Notes under the pieces: model-generated | The model's database searches: none | What the model was told of the DNA's origin: nothing | The model's input: the letters and a program-made list of their open reading frames with translations, nothing else | Translations under genes and position numbers: made by a program | Assembly (NCBI GenBank): GCA_963663385.2 | Contig: CAXXXD010000003.1 | Location: 608,001-672,000 of the forward strand | DNA length: 64,000 nt | Source: Oceanispirochaeta sp. | Lineage (GTDB): Bacteria; Spirochaetota; Spirochaetia; DSM-2461 | Direction: 5' to 3' | Part shown: one piece after another, positions 18,348 to 28,736 of the stretch | How the letters are laid out: every line of letters starts with the position of its first letter | How positions within the stretch are numbered: position 1 is the stretch's first letter

Positions 18348-20057
18348 ATGCAAAAGCTGTCCATATGGATTTCTATCCTGTTAATATCGGCTTTCGCTCT
18401 GGGAGCCCAGCAGGCACAGGGGCTGGATCCTCTGCCCGAAGGACTGAATCAGTCCATGGCGCAGGCCCAGCCCAGGGGAGTGATCACATCCGAGGCAGCT
18501 ATCCCCGGAGACGGAATCGAAACCCGTTCCCTCCCCCCCAGAGTAGACCTTTCATCCTATCTTCCGCCGGTGGGAAGTCAGGGAAATATCGGCAGCTGTT
18601 CCGCCTGGTCCACCGTTTACTATGCCAAAACCATACAGGAAAATCAGGAACGTCAGTGGGGGGCCGATACGCCTGATCATCAGTACAGCCCCCTCTTTAC
18701 ATACAATCAGATTACCGGCGGTGTGAATCAGGGCACAGCCATAACCGATCATATGATCATCCTGGAAAAGCAGGGCGTTCCCCCTCTAAGTGCTTTCCCT
18801 CATACAGAGAATATCAATATTCAGCCCGGAAAAGCCGTCATGAAAGAGGCTGAACAGTACAGGTCTCTCTCACACAGGAATCTGGATCAGTACAATGCCA
18901 AAACCGGAACCTGGTCTGTGGATCTGACTGCCGTAAAAACGGCTCTGGCTGAAGGGTTTCCTGTTGTGGGCGGGTTTCAGATTTATGAAAACTTCTATGA
19001 CTACAGGGGCGGGATCTATAACCGGACCGCCGGCGCCCCTTCGGGGGGACATGCCATGTGTATTGTCGGTTATGATGATGCCAGAGGAGCGCTTCGTATT
19101 GTAAACTCCTGGGGTACCTGGTGGGGCGAGGAGGGGTTCCTCTGGCTGGCATACGATCTGTTCGAGCCGCTCTGCACCTATAACTGCGCCCTGATGTATG
19201 ACAAAATCGATTCTGTTCCCGAACTGGTTCAGGCTCCTCCTGATCTGAGGGTTTCAAAGGGGGGCTACCGGGACAGGATCGAACTGAAGTGGGAAGGGGT
19301 CGATGGCGCAGATTTCTATCTGGTTTACAAAGTCAATAATGAGGAAGGAGTGCTGAAGGAGATCTCCCGAACCACCGAACCGGCCTATACCGATGAATCT
19401 CTGCCTCCCGGGGTCAGCTATATCTATGCGGTAAAAAGCGGTAAAAGTAAAAAGACCGGAAATCTGATCAGTGAATTCAGCGAGATAGGCGAAGGCTGGA
19501 CGGCAGAAGTCAGGTCTCCTCCCGGTATTCCCTCCAATCTGACCTATACCCTCTATAAGGAGAATCCCCTCCTGATCTGGGATCCTGTGGAAGAGGCCGA
19601 GGGGTATAACATTTATCGCTGGGATGCCGAAAAGGAAGAGTATTCCGGTATCGGCCGGTCAGGTGATTCCACCTACCTGGACCGCTCCTTCGGGGAAATC
19701 CCCGGGGGCGGCATTATCTATTACATAGTGGAAGCGTATAATGATTACGGTTCCGGCTATGCCACAGATAACCTGAGTGTTCTGAAAGAGCTCCCTGAAT
19801 CCGGAGATGACAGCTCTCCCGTTGTCATTGTATCAGTCGATACCAGGGACGATGTGGCCGCTTACGGGAATAGACAGAACAGTTTTTCCGGAGAATTCCA
19901 CAGAACAGACTACTTTGACTACGAGTATACCATGGCCAGGTTCCGGGAATTCTACGAAAAGGAACAGGAAGCCTTCCGTAACTTCAAGCAGGATGAACGG
20001 AACAGTTTTGAAGAGTGGAAAAAGAGGAATGAATCCCCCTCCCGTTTCGGAAACTGA
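18348..20057 (+). CDS. Secreted C1 (papain-like) cysteine peptidase with two Fn3-like domains
   Basis: QGNIGSCSAW, GGHAMCIVGY and VNSWG catalytic motifs; Fn3 LKW...Y.Y.V patterns; ATG 18348 after GGAGG. Confidence 0.88.
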   Translation: MQKLSIWISILLISAFALGAQQAQGLDPLPEGLNQSMAQAQPRGVITSEAAIPGDGIETRSLPPRVDLSSYLPPVGSQGNIGSCSAWSTVYYAKTIQENQERQWGADTPDHQYSPLFTYNQITGGVNQGTAITDHMIILEKQGVPPLSAFPHTENINIQPGKAVMKEAEQYRSLSHRNLDQYNAKTGTWSVDLTAVKTALAEGFPVVGGFQIYENFYDYRGGIYNRTAGAPSGGHAMCIVGYDDARGALRIVNSWGTWWGEEGFLWLAYDLFEPLCTYNCALMYDKIDSVPELVQAPPDLRVSKGGYRDRIELKWEGVDGADFYLVYKVNNEEGVLKEISRTTEPAYTDESLPPGVSYIYAVKSGKSKKTGNLISEFSEIGEGWTAEVRSPPGIPSNLTYTLYKENPLLIWDPVEEAEGYNIYRWDAEKEEYSGIGRSGDSTYLDRSFGEIPGGGIIYYIVEAYNDYGSGYATDNLSVLKELPESGDDSSPVVIVSVDTRDDVAAYGNRQNSFSGEFHRTDYFDYEYTMARFREFYEKEQEAFRNFKQDERNSFEEWKKRNESPSRFGN

Positions 20058-20117
20058 CAGCTTTTATGGCGATCATCTGCTGTATTACAGTCAGCCTTCC
20101 GTGTAACGGGAATCCCT

Positions 20118-21437
20118 TTACTCCCCGCTCCCTGCAATGTGAGCATTTCGGAATAGTACCGCATCGGGCCCCTTATAGAAGTCTTTCTGTATTATTCTGT
20201 CCGACAGGTATATCTCCTTCTGAACATCGAAGAGGCAGGCCGAGAGGGATGCTCCTGTAATGGGTTTGTACTCCTTCCCGTCAAAATACCGGGCCAGGCG
20301 GATCTCTCCGCCGAAATCACCTGTCAGGGAATCCATCTGAAAATCCGAAAAGGCCAGAACCTCCACATGGGGTTCTTCACAGTACTTTCGAAATGCCTCT
20401 CCGTTTCCCGGTTTTACCTCCCTGTGGGGAATGCTGCCCGTCGGCTTGATTCCCAGGTAATATGAGTACTGGATATCTCCGTGAAACTGTTTCAATACCC
20501 CTTTTTCGTAGAGCATGACAGGTTTCAGGGTAATCCCGTCCCTGTCATAGGGAACCGAGCCCGGCGCATTGGGAAGAGCGGGATTCAGGGTCAGATCAAT
20601 CACATCACCCTGAACATCATCTCCCTGAAAGAGCCTGCCTGTTTCCGCTCTGGATAAACCTTCGTATTTTGCCCTGGCACTGGCCTGATGGACATAAAAA
20701 TCCATCATTTCTCCAACCGCTTCCCCTTTGAGGATAATATTAACCCCTTTCAGATCAGGGGCTTTCCGGGCAAGGGCTCTTAACCGGCAGTTCTCAATCT
20801 GTTCGGCGCATTCTTTTTCTACAAGATCGGGGCAGTAATCTGAGAAGGAGAACATATTATACAGTTCCACACTTTCCTCTCCCTCCTGCCACTCGGTAAT
20901 CAGTTCAATATCACCCCTGCTGGCACTGTAGGAAACATCGATTCCGCCGGAGTTGATAAAACGGTACTCCATACGGGATACAAAGATTTCGGCAGAATTA
21001 ATCCCTCCTTTTCTCCCTGGGGTATTCGGGGTATCATTTTTATAAAGGCTTCCGGTCAATCCCTGCAGAATCTGCGTCCACTCATCCGATGCAAGGCGGC
21101 TTGAAAACCGGAAAAAAGGCTGTTCTCCCTTTCCGGGAAGAGGGTAGTAGGGATTTTTAACAAATGAGGCGGCATAATAGGCTTTATCAAGTTCCTTCCG
21201 GATTTCCTCTTCCTTCATGGTGGGAAGGATTTTAAGGGATGCGGATCCCTTATACCGATCTTCTCCCTCTTTAAAATCCCGGTAAACCGTAACGATATAT
21301 TTTCTGATCTGTTTTGCCCGGTTCATATCCAGGTCCTGTTTAATAAAAAACAGCTCTCTGGCCTCTGTTCTTTCTTCCAGAATTTTCCATTGATCTATAT
21401 TAAGCTTGTTTAAAAGTGTTTGGATTATCTCAACCAT
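20118..21437 (-). CDS. pmbA: TldE/PmbA-family protein
   Basis: PYDRDG and TGDFGG motifs, no HExxH; translationally coupled to tldD. Confidence 0.82.
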   Translation of the reverse strand: MVEIIQTLLNKLNIDQWKILEERTEARELFFIKQDLDMNRAKQIRKYIVTVYRDFKEGEDRYKGSASLKILPTMKEEEIRKELDKAYYAASFVKNPYYPLPGKGEQPFFRFSSRLASDEWTQILQGLTGSLYKNDTPNTPGRKGGINSAEIFVSRMEYRFINSGGIDVSYSASRGDIELITEWQEGEESVELYNMFSFSDYCPDLVEKECAEQIENCRLRALARKAPDLKGVNIILKGEAVGEMMDFYVHQASARAKYEGLSRAETGRLFQGDDVQGDVIDLTLNPALPNAPGSVPYDRDGITLKPVMLYEKGVLKQFHGDIQYSYYLGIKPTGSIPHREVKPGNGEAFRKYCEEPHVEVLAFSDFQMDSLTGDFGGEIRLARYFDGKEYKPITGASLSACLFDVQKEIYLSDRIIQKDFYKGPDAVLFRNAHIAGSGE

Positions 21438-22855
21438 TATGCCAATCTCCCTCTGGTTTTCAGATAGGGACCTCCGGTGGAGGTCTTTACCATCTCCTTA
21501 TAGCCTTTGCCGCAGGCTCCCGATCCGGAAAGTTTAAAGTCGCCGCTGACCATTGAGATGGATTTCAGGAGGTCCGGAACAAATCCCGTGAGGTATACAG
21601 GGGCCACTATCCGGCCGGTGAAATCCCCGTCTAGTATTTCCCGCCCTTTTAATGCGACGCACTGGATGCCCCAGTTTCTGGGATCTTCCATTCCCGATGT
21701 AAAGTTTTCAAGCAGATACCCTTTTCTGATGGATCTGACCATATCATCCAGAGAGTCGCTGCCCGGACTGAAAAATGTGTTTGTCATACGGGCGTAGGCC
21801 TTTCTCTCGAATGACTCCCTCTTGCCGTTCCCAGTGGGAACCGTATTCAGTTGTAAAGCAGAAAGAAGATCGGAAATCCCGTTTTTCAGGATGCCCCTGT
21901 CTATAACCAGAGTATCCGTTCCTATGGTTCCTTCGTCATCAAAAAGATAGGAGGACACCTGGCTGGCTGCGGCGGCACCGTCATGCATGCTGACTTTGGA
22001 CGAGGCTACCCCTTTATTCATATATTCAACTGCTTTGGCTCTCTTCTTTACAAACATATCCATTTCCACACCGTGACCGAAAGCTTCATGGGCGATTAGC
22101 CCCGACATGGAGGGATCACAGATGATGTCGTACTCACCGGGCACCAGTCTGTCCGCTTCCAGTAACTCTTTTACTTCCCGGACGGCCGGTTCAATCCCGC
22201 TTTTCATTTCATCCAGGAGTTCTGCTCCCTTTAACCCGGAAAAACTGCGGTAGGTATATTTCATCCCTTCACTGTTTTTACCGATAGGATACACATACCC
22301 CTGGGACCAGATGTAGGACTGTTCCAGATTTTTTCTGCTTGAAAGGAATATTTTTGAAACATGGGCATATTCATAAATTACCCGGATATCTATCAGATAG
22401 TCTGCCAGGGCCATACCCCGTTCCATCTCTTCGGTCAGAGTTTCTATCAGCTCTCTGGCCGGTATTGAATCGGGATGGATCTGAACGCTGCCGTTGAAGG
22501 ACCGGGTAATCTCCTCCTCTTCAATAAGTGGGTAGGTAACAGCTTTTCCTTCTTCTGCAAGTGTTTTCTGATCTTCAGCAACTGACCGGACGGCATCAGC
22601 TACCTCCAGCAGGTTGCCGGTTTCATTAAAGGAATATTCAGAATAGGAATATCCGTTATAAACACGGCAGACAAATCCACGTTCCGCCCAGGCTGATTCA
22701 TTGACAGCGGAACCGGTCCTGGCTACCTGGTAACGGGTTCCCCTGGTATCTGTCCCAAGAATTGAGACGTATGTAAAATCTTCCGACAACATGCTTATGA
22801 GTTTTTGAAGAGCTTCTTTGTGCCGAGTCAGGAATCCGGATAGTTCAACTTCCAT
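21437..22855 (-). CDS. tldD: TldD metalloprotease
   Basis: HEAFGHGVE, FDDEG, RMTNTF, GACGK...GGP. Confidence 0.9.
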   Translation of the reverse strand: MEVELSGFLTRHKEALQKLISMLSEDFTYVSILGTDTRGTRYQVARTGSAVNESAWAERGFVCRVYNGYSYSEYSFNETGNLLEVADAVRSVAEDQKTLAEEGKAVTYPLIEEEEITRSFNGSVQIHPDSIPARELIETLTEEMERGMALADYLIDIRVIYEYAHVSKIFLSSRKNLEQSYIWSQGYVYPIGKNSEGMKYTYRSFSGLKGAELLDEMKSGIEPAVREVKELLEADRLVPGEYDIICDPSMSGLIAHEAFGHGVEMDMFVKKRAKAVEYMNKGVASSKVSMHDGAAAASQVSSYLFDDEGTIGTDTLVIDRGILKNGISDLLSALQLNTVPTGNGKRESFERKAYARMTNTFFSPGSDSLDDMVRSIRKGYLLENFTSGMEDPRNWGIQCVALKGREILDGDFTGRIVAPVYLTGFVPDLLKSISMVSGDFKLSGSGACGKGYKEMVKTSTGGPYLKTRGRLA

Positions 22856-22947
22856 GCAATGCCTCCTTATGCCCGATTGTTAGAGTTGTAAGTATTCCGT
22901 TATGCTACACTGATTCCCCTGTATTTGTATATTCAAGAAAAAAAGTC

Positions 22948-23535
22948 TTATTCCTCTTTCAGGATCCTCATTTCCAGAAGAATCTTTTCCCGGGGAAAAT
23001 CAGTTCTGGCGCCTCTGTCTTGGGCGTATGTTGTAAATACCACGCTTCCAAAACGGGCTTCACGGAATTCACCGGCAAAGGATCCTGCCAGTTCATTCTC
23101 TATATAGAAATTCCATTTACCACTTTTCAGTCTGGCATGAACCTTAACAGGCTCTCCCATCTGGTATTTGCCATATCCTCTCCATGAATCTTCGAGAGGA
23201 TAGAGGGTTTGGGGGTCCGGAAAGTTATCATGCCCCTTATAATCCACCGCAAACAGCGGGAGAGAGGTTTTTTCATCTGTATCAATTTTTATTCCGAAGA
23301 GGAATCCTCTCCCGCCGGAATAGGGGGTATATTCCACAGACAGAGCATGAGCGTCCTTATGGAAACCGGACCACCCTTTATACGACACCATTCCCGTATT
23401 GTTCGGGTTGTTGCTTTCAAAAAAGTAATGGACTGTCTCCTGCATTTCCCATATTCGAGAAACAAGAGGCTCTTCATTGGTGACACAGGCTGTGATTAAA
23501 AGAATAATACCCCATACAAGATGTATCTTCTTCAT
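22948..23535 (-). CDS. Hypothetical lipoprotein
   Basis: Lipobox LITAC, GGAG SD, beta-rich mature part. Confidence 0.65.
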   Translation of the reverse strand: MKKIHLVWGIILLITACVTNEEPLVSRIWEMQETVHYFFESNNPNNTGMVSYKGWSGFHKDAHALSVEYTPYSGGRGFLFGIKIDTDEKTSLPLFAVDYKGHDNFPDPQTLYPLEDSWRGYGKYQMGEPVKVHARLKSGKWNFYIENELAGSFAGEFREARFGSVVFTTYAQDRGARTDFPREKILLEMRILKEE

Positions 23536-23683
23536 GCCTATTCTCCTGAGAGTCCTTTAGAACTACATTAGTTATACGGGATAGAAATACTTTTTTCACA
23601 GTAGTTTTCCGACAGAAGAACTCTAATCCCCATTCAGTCTCCCCGCATTATTGTATAACAGGAGGCTTCTGAAAACTGAATGA

Positions 23684-24607
23684 TCATTCAGGGGCATGCC
23701 GTTTTTCGGTGAATACGGTTATCCTGTTTTTACCGTTTCTCTTTGATTCGTAAAGCGCATAATCGGCATGATCCAGAAGCTGTTCCACTTTTTTGATTTC
23801 TTCTCCAACTTCTGCAATCCCGATACTGACTGTCACACCAACTTCTTTCCCTTCTTCAAAAAGAGTTTTTGCAGCTTCCACTTCTTTTCTCAACCGTTCG
23901 GCAAAGGAATAGGCCCCATCGCTGTCCGTATCGGGAAGGGCTATACAGAATTCTTCACCGCCGTAACGGGCCAGAATATCGCTGCCCCGGATTATGGTAG
24001 AACTGGTATGGGCAATCTCTTTCAGAATTATATCTCCGAATTGATGCCCGTATGTATCATTCACATATTTAAAGTTATCAATATCAATCATTAAAAGGCT
24101 GAATAAACGCCCTTTCCTTTTATAGCGGGTCAGTTCTTCCGATAGTCTGTTGTCCAGGTACCGTCTGTTATGAATCCCGGTTAAACTGTCCTGCTGGGTC
24201 ATCATTTTCAGGGATTTTTCCAGATAAACGCTTTCTGTCACATCCTGAATGGTCAGGACTATTTGTGACACTTTACCCTTGTCATCCCTGATAGGGGTCA
24301 TGGTGCAGCTTTGCTGCATGTTGTCAAATGCAGTGGCATGAAACCCTGCTGCCTTAAAAGGGAAAAGGTAGTTATGCAGTTTCTGAGAGTAGAACACATA
24401 ATTCCCGAAATTCAGAACGGATTTACAGCTTCTTAAAAAGCTGGGAGAACTAAGGTGGGGGTAGTGATTGAAAATTACAGTGCCGATCATATCTTCCTTT
24501 TTCTTTCCACTGTGAATTTCCATCCATCTGTTCCAGTCGACAATCGTGTATTTACTGTCCAGAATAACAATGCCCAAACTGATAACATTCAAAATCTGTC
24601 TATACAT
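23684..24607 (-). CDS. PAS-GGDEF diguanylate cyclase
   Basis: N-terminal PAS-like domain, DSLTG, RxxD I-site (RGSD) and GGEEF. Confidence 0.92.
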   Translation of the reverse strand: MYRQILNVISLGIVILDSKYTIVDWNRWMEIHSGKKKEDMIGTVIFNHYPHLSSPSFLRSCKSVLNFGNYVFYSQKLHNYLFPFKAAGFHATAFDNMQQSCTMTPIRDDKGKVSQIVLTIQDVTESVYLEKSLKMMTQQDSLTGIHNRRYLDNRLSEELTRYKRKGRLFSLLMIDIDNFKYVNDTYGHQFGDIILKEIAHTSSTIIRGSDILARYGGEEFCIALPDTDSDGAYSFAERLRKEVEAAKTLFEEGKEVGVTVSIGIAEVGEEIKKVEQLLDHADYALYESKRNGKNRITVFTEKRHAPE

Positions 24608-24610
24608 GGT

Positions 24611-25243
24611 TTACCCCTGGAATTTTTTTAATGCTTTTTTTAAATGGGGGACTGATTCCTGACTGTTAAGGAGGAACAGATAACCGGTTACCTTTCTGTC
24701 TTCGAAACTGAATCCTGTTTTCATGACAATCGCAATATCTTCGTCTTTCAGGCCGCTGTTGGCAAAAGAATCCCGCATTTGTTCTCCCCGCATGGATTGG
24801 GGGGGCATATATATTATGTCACTTTCAAGAAGCTCAAATATTTTCCCCATGCATGCCCCGATCAGAATATTCCCGATTTCCATAAGGACTTCTTTTTCCA
24901 GTTCAATCAGTTCATCCGATTCATAACTGATTACTTCAGGATGCTGAAAGTAGGAAATCAACTCTTTTTCCATTCCATAGGGAAAAATAAGAAAGGCAAT
25001 TCCACTAAAGTCGCCATGATATTTCTGCTCGACTATGCTGGAGTTGTCAAAATCCGAAACTTCGTTCTGTACATAATCTATTAAAACCGAGTTCTTGAGG
25101 ATTTTCAGAAACGGGACATTGAGATTAATAAAAATATCCATCAAATCAGCCAGATCTGATACGGCTGAACCAAAAGATATATTCAGGATTTCCTGAAGAG
25201 CATCCAGTTCCAGCTCTGTAAATTTGTCATTCGTTCTGCCCAT
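24611..25243 (-). CDS. CheC-family phosphatase-like protein
   Basis: Two D/E-x3-E-x2-N motifs (DALQEILN, EVLMEIGN). Confidence 0.85.
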   Translation of the reverse strand: MGRTNDKFTELELDALQEILNISFGSAVSDLADLMDIFINLNVPFLKILKNSVLIDYVQNEVSDFDNSSIVEQKYHGDFSGIAFLIFPYGMEKELISYFQHPEVISYESDELIELEKEVLMEIGNILIGACMGKIFELLESDIIYMPPQSMRGEQMRDSFANSGLKDEDIAIVMKTGFSFEDRKVTGYLFLLNSQESVPHLKKALKKFQG

Positions 25244-25252
25244 TTTACTCAG

Positions 25253-25615
25253 TTACCTGTTTATTCTCTTTGCCAGAATATCGGATATATCCTCCCTGCG
25301 GGGCAATTTCCTTATTACCTCATAAGCTCCAAGATTTTTGCACCGTTCCACTGATTTCTTCTGTATATCCGCTGTCAGTATTATTACAGTTGCTTCCGGA
25401 TTTATTCCTATAATTTTTTCCAGGGCTTCATATCCGTCCATAACAGGCATTGTTAAATCTAAAAATGTAATATCCGGAAGGGTTTTTCTGTAAATTTCAA
25501 CCGCCTCCCGACCATTTGAGGCTTCTTCAATCTCAATAGATTGGTCAAACTCTCTGATCAGGGAAGATATAAGCATTCTGGCAGCTCTTGAATCATCCAC
25601 AACTAGTATTTTCAT
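25253..25615 (-). CDS. Single-domain response regulator (CheY-like)
   Basis: VVDD, FLDLTMP, LTAD, K.P. Confidence 0.92.
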   Translation of the reverse strand: MKILVVDDSRAARMLISSLIREFDQSIEIEEASNGREAVEIYRKTLPDITFLDLTMPVMDGYEALEKIIGINPEATVIILTADIQKKSVERCKNLGAYEVIRKLPRREDISDILAKRINR

Positions 25616-25883
25616 ATTCTATCCTCTGATGTATTCCGGGATCAGCCCGGATAAAATTCTCAGTATTATTCTCTTAATTGTAGAGGAATTATCAGGGTTT
25701 TTCAAACTCTGTTATTTATATGTTTCCCGGATAGGCTGGTTAAGGCGGATCCGGGCGTTACTTGTTTTTAACAATTAGCTGTTTTTTTATTGATATTCAC
25801 TTTATTTATCCCGGTGATATTTGCAATTGCAAATATGAATGCCTATAATTTTTTAAAGACAATAATTATACAGAGGTTTAATT

Positions 25884-27830
25884 ATGAAGAAGAAAATGTC
25901 CGTCAAGTTTCAGATGCTTTTCAGTTTTTCAATACTGATTATATTTACCATGGTTGTAGGGGGTTCAGGAAAAAGCGGCATTGAATCCATTAATAAGCAG
26001 AATCAGATTCGCAGCTTCATTTCATCTTCACTGGTGAATGTTCAGGATGCCCAGGCTGCTTCGCTGCGCTATGTGATATATGGATCAGAAAGCTATATGG
26101 AAGAGCTGAACGCCCACTGTGACAGGGCTCTTGCCAATGTACGGAATGCCATGGCTTTAAGTCGTTTGGAAGAGATCCTGGCAGATTCCAGCAAAATGAT
26201 TGAGGCTGTTGAGGTATACAAGGAGTATAACAGCAAGTATCTGGATTTCGGCAGAAATCTTCAGAACCTTTCAGATGAGAGAGCCGAAGCGGCAGCAGTA
26301 ATTCTGTCCGAAATCAACGAGATGATCTCCCTTGAAGAAAAAAATACCCGGGGATCATTCCTTCTTCCGTTAAAGGAAATGCAGAGTCAGGTGTATCTTT
26401 TTCATAATAATGCTTACCGTTACATGCTGGCTGCAACACAGGATACCCGGGACTCCGAGTTGTCAGTCTGGCTGGAAAATCTGAATGTTTTCCGCGGTAT
26501 GGCAGAAACAGCTGCCACGGAGGATATCAGTTTCAAACAGCGGATGTCCCTGGAGAGGATTATTGAACATACTGATATGTATATTGAGAAAGTAGAAGCT
26601 TATACTGTGACTCTCTCTGAGCAGAAAGCCCTGATGCCCACCATTAAAGCAATGGCTTTGCAGGTTGTAGAAAGTGGTGTTTCAGCATCTGATGCGGTTG
26701 AAAAATCCATAGAGAACCTTTCCAGACAGAACCTGATAGTCACGCTGTCCATACTGGCGGCTGCCATGCTTTTTGGTATTGTCATAGCAATCATAATTAC
26801 CCGCTCCCTGACAAGGCAGCTTGGCGGCGAACCATATGAAATAGTCGAGCTGACAAGTAGAATCGCCGAGGGTGATCTGAATATCAATTTTCCTGACCGG
26901 GAACTGACAGGTGTTTATCAGTCCATGAAACATATGACTGCCAGACTGACACAGATTGTCAATGACATTGTGGGGGCGGCGGATCAGGTTACGGAAGGGA
27001 GCGAGCAGATCTCTTCATCCTCTCAGGAAATTTCATCCGGAACAAGCGAGCAGGCTTCCAATATGGAGGAGGTCTCAGCTTCGATCGAACAGCTTAACGC
27101 CAATATTCAGCAGAATACGGATAATTCACAGCAGTCCAATTTTATGGCAAAAAAAGTTGCGGAAGATTCTCAGGAGGGCAGTCTCGCAGTTGCCGAAACG
27201 GTAGACGCCATGAAAAATATTGCAGAAAAAATCTCGGTTATTCAGGAAATAGCCAGGAGCACCAATATGCTGGCTTTGAATGCGGCAATTGAAGCGGCCC
27301 GGGCAGGTGATGCGGGAAAAGGGTTTGCCGTTGTTGCTTCCGAGGTCCGGAAACTGGCAGAATCCAGCGGGTCCGCTGCCAAGGATATTACAGAGATAAC
27401 AGAGTCCAGTGTGCATAGGGCAATAGCTGCTCAGGAAAAGATAGAACAGATAGTTCCTGCCATGCGGAAGGCGGCAGATCTGGTGGAGGAGATTACCATG
27501 GCCAGTCAGGAGCAGAGTAAGGGAGCAGAGCAGATTAATGCAGCCATTGTTCAGCTTGATACGGTAATTCAGCAGAATGCTTCCGCATCGGAGGAACTTG
27601 CCTCCATGTCTGAAGAACTGTTTTCACAGGCTTCCTCCATGAAAGACACCATCAGTTTTTTCAAGGTAAAAAACAGGCATCTACGGCCGGCTATCGGCTA
27701 TCAGGTACAGGGTTCTGATAAAAAGAGTTTCGGAGCTGAGAAGCATACTGTCAGAAAGATTGCCGGACCGGACAAAATCAGTGAACCCGGGTACGCATAC
27801 ACGGCAGATGATGCTTTTGAGGAGTTCTGA
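25884..27830 (+). CDS. Methyl-accepting chemotaxis protein (helical sensor, C-terminal pentapeptide)
   Basis: Two TMs, [20 protein letters not shown]; ends in AFEEF. Confidence 0.93.
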   Translation: MKKKMSVKFQMLFSFSILIIFTMVVGGSGKSGIESINKQNQIRSFISSSLVNVQDAQAASLRYVIYGSESYMEELNAHCDRALANVRNAMALSRLEEILADSSKMIEAVEVYKEYNSKYLDFGRNLQNLSDERAEAAAVILSEINEMISLEEKNTRGSFLLPLKEMQSQVYLFHNNAYRYMLAATQDTRDSELSVWLENLNVFRGMAETAATEDISFKQRMSLERIIEHTDMYIEKVEAYTVTLSEQKALMPTIKAMALQVVESGVSASDAVEKSIENLSRQNLIVTLSILAAAMLFGIVIAIIITRSLTRQLGGEPYEIVELTSRIAEGDLNINFPDRELTGVYQSMKHMTARLTQIVNDIVGAADQVTEGSEQISSSSQEISSGTSEQASNMEEVSASIEQLNANIQQNTDNSQQSNFMAKKVAEDSQEGSLAVAETVDAMKNIAEKISVIQEIARSTNMLALNAAIEAARAGDAGKGFAVVASEVRKLAESSGSAAKDITEITESSVHRAIAAQEKIEQIVPAMRKAADLVEEITMASQEQSKGAEQINAAIVQLDTVIQQNASASEELASMSEELFSQASSMKDTISFFKVKNRHLRPAIGYQVQGSDKKSFGAEKHTVRKIAGPDKISEPGYAYTADDAFEEF

Positions 27831-27836
27831 TAAACC

Positions 27837-27867
27837 AAGGGATCCTGTTCAGGGTCCCTTTATTTTT
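27837..27867 (+). terminator. Rho-independent terminator
   Basis: AAGGGATCCTG-TT-CAGGGTCCCTT followed by a T-rich tract. Confidence 0.65.
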
Positions 27868-27904
27868 CCTGTTTTTTGTATATGATAAATCCAGGAGTTA
27901 AATC

Positions 27905-28633
27905 ATGGAGTATACAGAACAGTTTCGGATTTATTCATATGAAGTGGATATGACAAATAGAGCAACTCTCCAGACCATATGCCAGTATCTGCAGGAAGTT
28001 GCCTCCAATCATGCTGAAAAACTTGGATTCGGCATGACCTGGCTCCTTTCCAATCAGAGAACCTGGATGCTGTCCCGTCTAAAGGTCAATATGTTTTCCT
28101 ACCCTCGAGTCGGAGAGGATATTATTATTAAAACCTGGCCTTCCGGGGTGGAGCGCTTCTTTTTGCTGAGGGATTTTCTCATTATGAATAAGAACGGCGA
28201 GGTGCTTGGAGCTGCCGTAAGCAGCTGGGTTTATATGAATCTGGAGACTCATCGCCCGGTTCATCCTTCATCCGGAGAGATCTCCTTTATCCCCGAAAAC
28301 CCGGAACGGGCTATTGAAGAGAATCCCGGTAAGTTAAAAGCTTCAGAAAACTCTGAGGAAATTATCGCCTTCCAGGTTCGTTATAATGATCTGGACATGA
28401 ATAATCATGTCAATAACATCAAGTATATTGAATGGATCCTGGAGTGCCTGGACCCTGAATTCAGAAAAACTCATATTCCCGCGGAAATTACAATCAATTT
28501 TCTGGCAGAAGCCTTATATGGTCATGGTATTTCTGCTCATCTGGAAAAAAATGAAGAGATCTATGCCCATACCATCATAAGTAATGATAAGGATATCTGC
28601 AGAGCCGAAACCCGGTGGACCACCCTGCAGTAA
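27905..28633 (+). CDS. Acyl-ACP thioesterase
   Basis: Double hot-dog pattern, DLDMNNHVNNIKY. Confidence 0.92.
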   Translation: MEYTEQFRIYSYEVDMTNRATLQTICQYLQEVASNHAEKLGFGMTWLLSNQRTWMLSRLKVNMFSYPRVGEDIIIKTWPSGVERFFLLRDFLIMNKNGEVLGAAVSSWVYMNLETHRPVHPSSGEISFIPENPERAIEENPGKLKASENSEEIIAFQVRYNDLDMNNHVNNIKYIEWILECLDPEFRKTHIPAEITINFLAEALYGHGISAHLEKNEEIYAHTIISNDKDICRAETRWTTLQ

Positions 28634-28736
28634 AACCGAACCCTGCCAATTTAATACAGAAAATTTTTTGGCTTGTATTCTGGCTTATCTCATTTATAAT
28701 GACTCTATTGAAAAAATGGTTCGGCGGGGTTTAAAT

